From contig CM120644.1 in assembly GCA_051362555.1 (NCBI GenBank), positions 2,860,954 to 2,924,953 of the forward strand: a DNA stretch of 64,000 nucleotides, written 5' to 3'. The position numbers and the translations under genes were made by a program. This document shows, piece by piece, positions 57,801 through 64,000 of the stretch (position 1 is its first letter; the number at the start of each line of letters is the position of its first letter). The notes beneath the pieces were generated by a model. The model was not told the DNA's origin, ran no database searches, and saw only the letters and a program-made list of their open reading frames with translations. The stretch comes from Lingula anatina (lineage: Eukaryota > Animalia > Brachiopoda).

Positions 57801-59075
57801 TGCATGTGGGATAAGGTGGACGTTATTGACAAGTACATAACTCATAAGTGGTCATCTTTAAGGTCCACCCACGACTATCTTGATGCATTCATATTGGATT
57901 TATTACTTGAAATGTTTTGTAACGTAATAGATTAGGCTTGGGTTCACTGTGTGGCGTGCATGTCAACGAAAGTGCTGATAAAACACAGAACATGCTCGAA
58001 AATGTTTCAACGATGACGGTGTCCTTTTTGTGAGCTGTTTTCGGCGTCGTTGTTTCCTGTGGTTAATGTCACAAAAGAATAGTTGGTTTTAAATTGCTCT
58101 TCATTTAAATTCAAATTGAGACATTTCAGTTTAGGAAAACCCACTTGAATAAAGAGGGTGACGTTAACAAACATTACCCTTGTCTTTCTTGTAATAAAAC
58201 GGGCGCCGTGATTCCTCAGTTGGGACACTACTGATTTATCTTGAATCAAAGTGGACTAAAAATGGAGTCTAAACTTTTGCACTAATTTGCAGATTAAAGT
58301 GCATTTGTGAAACGGACCTCTGATATTATTCACAGGTCTGTTTACGTTTGGTTGTTTTCCCTAAAATGCCATATAGTTTATATAATCACATCTGATTCTA
58401 GATCTTTAATTTTCTGTCCTTTTCCCGCTATCTAACTTCGACCCAAGGATGTTTTTCTTTTCAAAGCAGGATCAGCACGTCATTTCAAATAAAACGTGTT
58501 TGGTGTTGACCAATGAAATTAGTTTTATTCCGTGAAATATGTTGTAAGATTATGTAGCAGATCTGTATTGAAAATGATTCGTCTTTGAAAGTCGATGCAT
58601 TCTTTTTAAGAGGAAGCATTAGTATTTCTGATTTCTGCTTTCGAGCGAAGAAAATTAACAATGCTTACTTGCGTAATGACATTGTTCATCGTAGTGACTC
58701 GTTCCTGTTAAATTCGTCGTTAACCTGGAAGACTGCAGCGTCAGCTTATATATCTAATTTGGTCTAACAGTCTGCTAATGATCGCACAACATATTAGAAC
58801 AAGTAACTAAAGGAAAAATGACAATTTCGTATTCTGACTTATGCAAAAGTTATCAAATATCAGGAATATAAAATCCAAATTGAATCAAAATGCAACAAGG
58901 GTTGTACACAGATTTTACACTTCTGGTTAAGAAAAATCCTTTTTGGTCTCCAATATATAACAATAAATAACATAACTATACGGAAATCAGAGGACTTACC
59001 TGTACAATATATGAGGTACAGAACAGCAAGGAGGCACACCCCGATGCTCCACGATGTCGCGTTAAAAGTCTGCAT
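54634..59075 (-). CDS. Small secreted precursor protein (neuropeptide/peptide-hormone-like); terminal exon unresolved
   Basis: Exon 59000-59075 (MQTFNATSWSIGVCLLAVLYLIYCT, G|gtaagt) splices in phase 1 to exon 54634-54870 (ttcctttcag|; GLSEASYIYTGEEGQALNPLMEPINDDLNEPQVLPINPVLPRSLLARIWPQFSREVRNGVYKKKQCKPGLLTMFGCSRG; T|gtaagt). Confidence 0.78.
55914..55952. repeat. 13-bp minisatellite x3 (TACTTATCTGACC)
   Basis: Seen directly. Confidence 0.9.
59000..59075 (-). CDS. Precursor gene exon 1 (signal peptide)
   Basis: ATG, hydrophobic stretch IGVCLLAVLYLIYC, consensus donor CAG|GTAAGT. Confidence 0.8.
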
Positions 59076-59267
59076 ATTAAAAACCTTTAAAATGTTCTTC
59101 TTTATATCACTGTGACCTTCTAAACGTTACCTCCTCACACGGTCTACGAAAAAACCTACGAAACCAAATGCACGCTACGGGTTGTTTCGCCCTCTTTATC
59201 TCTCTCTCTGTCTCTCTTTTCACTCTCTCTTATTACGTGTGTGTCGGTTACAACTCGGGGTATCTCC

Positions 59268-59770
59268 TTTATACCAATTAATGTGTCTCGTTAGTCGCCT
59301 CAGCTCTAATTAACGATAATGTGACACGCCACAGAATCAGTCCCCAGAAAAAAAAAATAATCCCCCGGATGACACTCGTCTCCGGAATACCTTGACAATG
59401 GTTAGAGTTACAAAGTTAGTTATTGTGTTTGAGCAACTACCAGCTCGCGTTGGGCAATGCATCAGCTCATCGACCACGCGTGTCACTCTAGGTGTCTACA
59501 CTGGCAAAGTAGGTTTGACCCCAAGTCGGTCCTGGATCGACACGTTTTAGAAATGAGTATGACGTCAGGACGAGTGTTTCCACCAAGACATGTACATTAG
59601 GATACAATGGTTGTTTGCTTAAAAGCGTCCTCAATGTACCTGTTGGAGGCGCTCCGAAGTCGAACTCACCAATACCACGTGGAAACCAAACTTATACCAC
59701 GTGGTGTCCTGCCAATGAGTGGCCATGCAGGGGGCGGGGCAATTACTTACTCGTGTTCAATCCCCACGTG
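59268..59770 (-). promoter_or_regulatory. Putative promoter of the precursor gene: TATA, CRE, three E-boxes, GC box
   Basis: TATAAA (minus) 59268-59273; TGACGTCA 59560-59567; CACGTG 59676, 59698, 59765; GGGGCGGGGC 59731-59740. Confidence 0.55.
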
Positions 59771-60545
59771 ACAGGTCGTGAAGGATAGCACATCTTATCA
59801 TATTAACATATATCATGATTTAGGGTGTGAATAAAACTGCTACAAAACATCTGTTATCGCGGTATCGAAACGCAACTTGGGACGCGCTACAGAGATTAAT
59901 TGAATCCCATTGAGACTGCTCCTCAAGTTAAACGCGTTACCAGCGTCTCTCTTGGCACGGACTAAAAGCGTTACTTAACGGTAAATGGAGAGCAAATTTA
60001 CCGTGAACGGCACGACAACAGAGTGCTGTTCTGTACGAGGAGAGAAGACGCATCGAGTCTGTAGTGAGTTCTGGTGGCAATCAAATAAAATGGCAGATTT
60101 CGAGAACATTGAGCATGATTATACTTAGTGCCGCAGCGGGCATCACATCTAACAGACTTTGCCGGCCACAAGAGGGCTAGCATTATAGTTATTTTGGTGA
60201 TTTAAGTAGGTTTATGATTACTAATAAAAGCAACTACGGGGGAGGCGTTTGCACAGTTAGTCACCTACGGGAACTACATCGTTTTGCTCTTTCAGCATTT
60301 CATGATGTATGAAATATTTTATGACTTCTAAATATGGAGTCTACGTCATAACACTAACTTTTCGAACGCAGATCCCCTCTTCTAAAAATAGCACGAACTG
60401 TAGTTTCAAGAAATTTGTTTAAAATTTCTCACCCATTTTTGGAAAAAAACTTGGCCTTATGACGAGTTACCTACACCACATGATAAACAGTGCCAAATCT
60501 TCGCTTTGAATTTTTTCGATCTTTTTCATGAATTGCAATGTTTTT

Positions 60546-60586
60546 TTTGTTTGTTTGTTTGTTTGTTTGTTTGTTTGTTTGTTTGT
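60546..60586. repeat. (TTTG)n microsatellite
   Basis: Seen directly. Confidence 0.95.
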
Positions 60587-63500
60587 TAAAGGTTGAATTC
60601 TTCCATTATACATACGGGCATTATTAGTTTGTCTAATACATCCTTTTATCTGTTCTAATTTAATTGTTCCTGACAATGACCAGGCAAAAATGACCATGCA
60701 TGTGATACTACTGCATTCCCTTACTACTAAACAACAAGGCTATTGGGTTCTAAACATTACAGTGATATGAATCAATCATGATTCTTACCAGTTGATAACT
60801 GGAGCCGACTTAAAATTACCCTTGGAATGTGTGTAGACTGTGGAGAAGAATCTGGCAAACAACCCACAAGAGTAGTTTTGTACACCTTTTTGAGGTTGAC
60901 AAATTCGTTTTGATTTTGAGATGCCATGAGAAACCGCCCATCCCCGCACCAGCTTGTGAACTTAGATATGAGGATGAGAAACCGTGCCGAATTAAACTTT
61001 AGCCAAAATTAACAAATACTTATTCCCACGACTATAGAAGATTTTAGTTTTATGGTTTAACTTCATATTGTTAATGAAGAACTATGTGCACTTTGTGGCC
61101 TATAATGTATGCTGTCACTAGCTATTTCAGATGTATTGGCTGCAACAAACTTGTTTATTTTCTTCATTCAACATCGGAGTCAAACAACAACTAAAGGTTG
61201 AAATGTTTAAAATGGGGTGTTCAAGCCGTCGACTTCCTGTTATCAGTTTAGAACAGTTTTAGGTAAATCATCCCTGTTCAGGGCCTTATAGCCCTAAACT
61301 AATCACCCTATGGGACGGTTCCATTACACGTTTTCCGTACAATTCACTGAATACACGCCGTTTTAATTCATGAACTCTGTCTAATGGGTAAATTTGTGAA
61401 AAGGCCCATCGTGTAAAAAATTAATTGGTAAATTGAATCACAATTCAAATTCTTACACGCGAAAACTTACCCCTGGGTCAATTAAGCAAATTAAGCACAA
61501 TTTTGTTCAAAAACCATGTCGGGCTTTTTACAAACAGTATCGGTAAAGTGAAGCTGCTATTATTGTAAAACATCAAACGGCTCGTCCTGGACTGTGTTCA
61601 TATAGACTAATAGAGGCATGCTGTATTTCGTAACGCATAATATATTAGGAACGGGTTCTAAATGCTTGATAGACTGTTTGGTTAACTGACAATGCTGGAA
61701 CAACATGTACCGATTTTACACGCCATTTCAATTTGGACCTTCTAAAGACCGTGATGGACCAAGGGTAAAGATGTTTGAGGAGCAGTAGTTACCAAGTGTT
61801 GTTGTCTGCTTCTAAAAATACATGTATGATAAAGCCAAAGAATAAAACAAGGACTGAAACTATCGTTATAACGCATGCCTTTTACGTCTTGTTATATATA
61901 ACCTGGTGTTCCCAAAAATTACACTACATTTAAAGTGAATTATGGCAAAAAAGGGGGATTGATGATCAGTAAAAAGGGCAGGCTATAAAACGGCCGATTT
62001 AAACAAAAAATCGTCAAGGCTTTCAATCCCCTCGCCCCATTCTGTCCACCCTCCATTCTTCATCGTCACCCGCTGATCACATTAATGGTCAAGTTGTCAT
62101 TGTGTTTATGATTGAATGACTAAGCCGTTTTACATAAATATTTGAAAGTAGTGAAGAGATCTATGTGCAACAGATTATGAAAGAGACCGTTGATTCATTA
62201 CTCCTCTCCGTTACAGCTAGCTATCGTTTTGGTAATTGCAACATCGCGAGTATGCCTTCATTTTGAATGTTTTTACACTTAAATTGACATTTAAATTAAT
62301 GTCTGGCTTTATTTCGTAATGATCCCTTTAAATCACAACACATTTGTTCTTTTTGATGTGTGTAGAAATCGATGAATACTTAATATTGCATTTCTAATTG
62401 TAGACATAAATTTCGGATTCGCCTATTTATTTTTCCTGCGAAATTAAAGCCTTCTAATCACTTCGTGACAGCATTTTTTCAAGGTCTTCAATGCAAGCTT
62501 ATGCAAACCAGCTTCAGATGTTGTAGACGACATTTCAAACTGGGTTCTCTTTGATACTGACCTTTGGACAATAACCGAGGAATGGAGATTTCATGTAGCT
62601 CACTGTCTATCCATTTTGTTATATTTAAGATAATAAATTTATCATGTACCATCGCATTTTTATTTATGATATATGATTTATAATAACTTACCAGGTACAG
62701 CAAAGAAACCATGAATTAATGAATCTGTACTTGGGAATGTTAAACACTGGGGTGACCTTAGTGAACACATGCACAGAGGCTAAAGATCATGCTTAGCTTT
62801 GGGAAATAGCTTTCTTTCTTATCAAACCGCGGAGAAGGATATGAAGCGGACTGAAGCCTCAGTCGGACAATTCCATATTTCTTAAATACGACGAGAAAGA
62901 AAGCTTATGTGTATCAGTAGATTGGCAGGACGATCTCCTTTCTTGAGAGAACAATTGGCAAAGGAAGCCACCCCATTATCTGTAGATGAACATCCTCGGC
63001 GGTGGGATTCAGTGGAAAAAGGATGGACAGATACCTAATTCGGTTCATTACGAATTTCTGTACAACTAAATTATAGATAATTGTGTCCATGGTGCACCCA
63101 ATATTTAGGTTGTTGTTGTGGAGAGACAGTTAGGCAAGCAGATAGACCGACAGAGAACAGATAGATAGACAAATGGGATAAATAGATATGAAAACCACAT
63201 ACGTATCAACAAGCGATTACAAACTTTTGCCACTCCGTATTTCCCTGCTCATCCCCATTACTTAGTAATCATCTTTTTATCTCTTAACGCCTAATACTTA
63301 ATTGACAGCCCTGATCTATAGCACGGAACCATCGCAAATAGTGTTTCATCAATATTTTAACGATAATAATTGTTTCGCCGCAATTCTGTCATCACTTTTC
63401 TCGGGTGCGGGCAGGCAGGCAATTTAGTTAATGGAATTCGAATCGAGAGCGTTTTGTTCCCCTGGGGTCTTTTACCGCGAGGATTCGTATCCCAACTAGA

Positions 63501-64000
63501 TCTTTTGTCCTAAATTGGTATTTTTCTGCGTGTTTAGGACAGTTTAATGTGATCAGGGTTGTGGTTGTGTTGTTCCGCGCGTCGGATTGATAGGAGATCT
63601 TTTATTTATTGACAACCGCTATTTCGTTTATGTGACAGTGCCTCTCGATATTATGACCATGCAATCCTATTTCTATTGTATGGAATGTTGTAAAAAATGT
63701 CTTGTTTTGAACTTGATGACACATGAAACATTTTGCTTTTAGGCCAAACAGGTATTTAGGGACTGATTAATGGTTAACATTTTTTTAGGAAATTGATTTT
63801 TTATCGGACCTGTTTGATTCGCATGAAAAAAATACATTGAGCATCGGTTTGGTAAGTTGGAAAGATTTACATTTTGACCACAGAGAACTCTTAATGTTGC
63901 TTTATGCTTAATAATCGCTCGCACTGTGAATTTGATCCCCCCCTCCCCGTCTCGAATCGTTAATTTGGGCTTTCTTTTTCACAAATGGCCATTTCTTGAA

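Overview
Eukaryotic (animal, probably lophotrochozoan/mollusc-like; inferred) AT-rich genomic DNA, so most entries in the six-frame ORF track are spurious. Exons were assembled by hand from GT-AG sites and frame continuity. Three spliced genes encode secreted or surface proteins. (1) A minus-strand three-Ig-domain (V/C2/I-like) cell-surface protein: signal-peptide exon at 35585-35639, a 29-kb first intron, then exons from 6539 down to 934, with its 3' end unresolved or outside the window. (2) A complete plus-strand 364-aa CAP/CRISP protein (signal peptide, pro-region, CAP domain, hinge, 2 EGF, ShKT-like) at 39373-48825. (3) A minus-strand small precursor resembling a neuropeptide prohormone (59075 to at least 54634) with a CRE/E-box-rich promoter. 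A young 5'-truncated L1/Tx1-type LINE (intact RT frame, poly-A, 7-bp TSD) is nested in a CACTG-ended non-autonomous DNA transposon inside the first coding intron of the CAP gene. Many MITEs and microsatellites are present. The most unusual structure is a ~145-bp inverted-repeat pair with palindromic cores that brackets the promoter and signal-peptide exon of the Ig gene, between two head-to-head genes.
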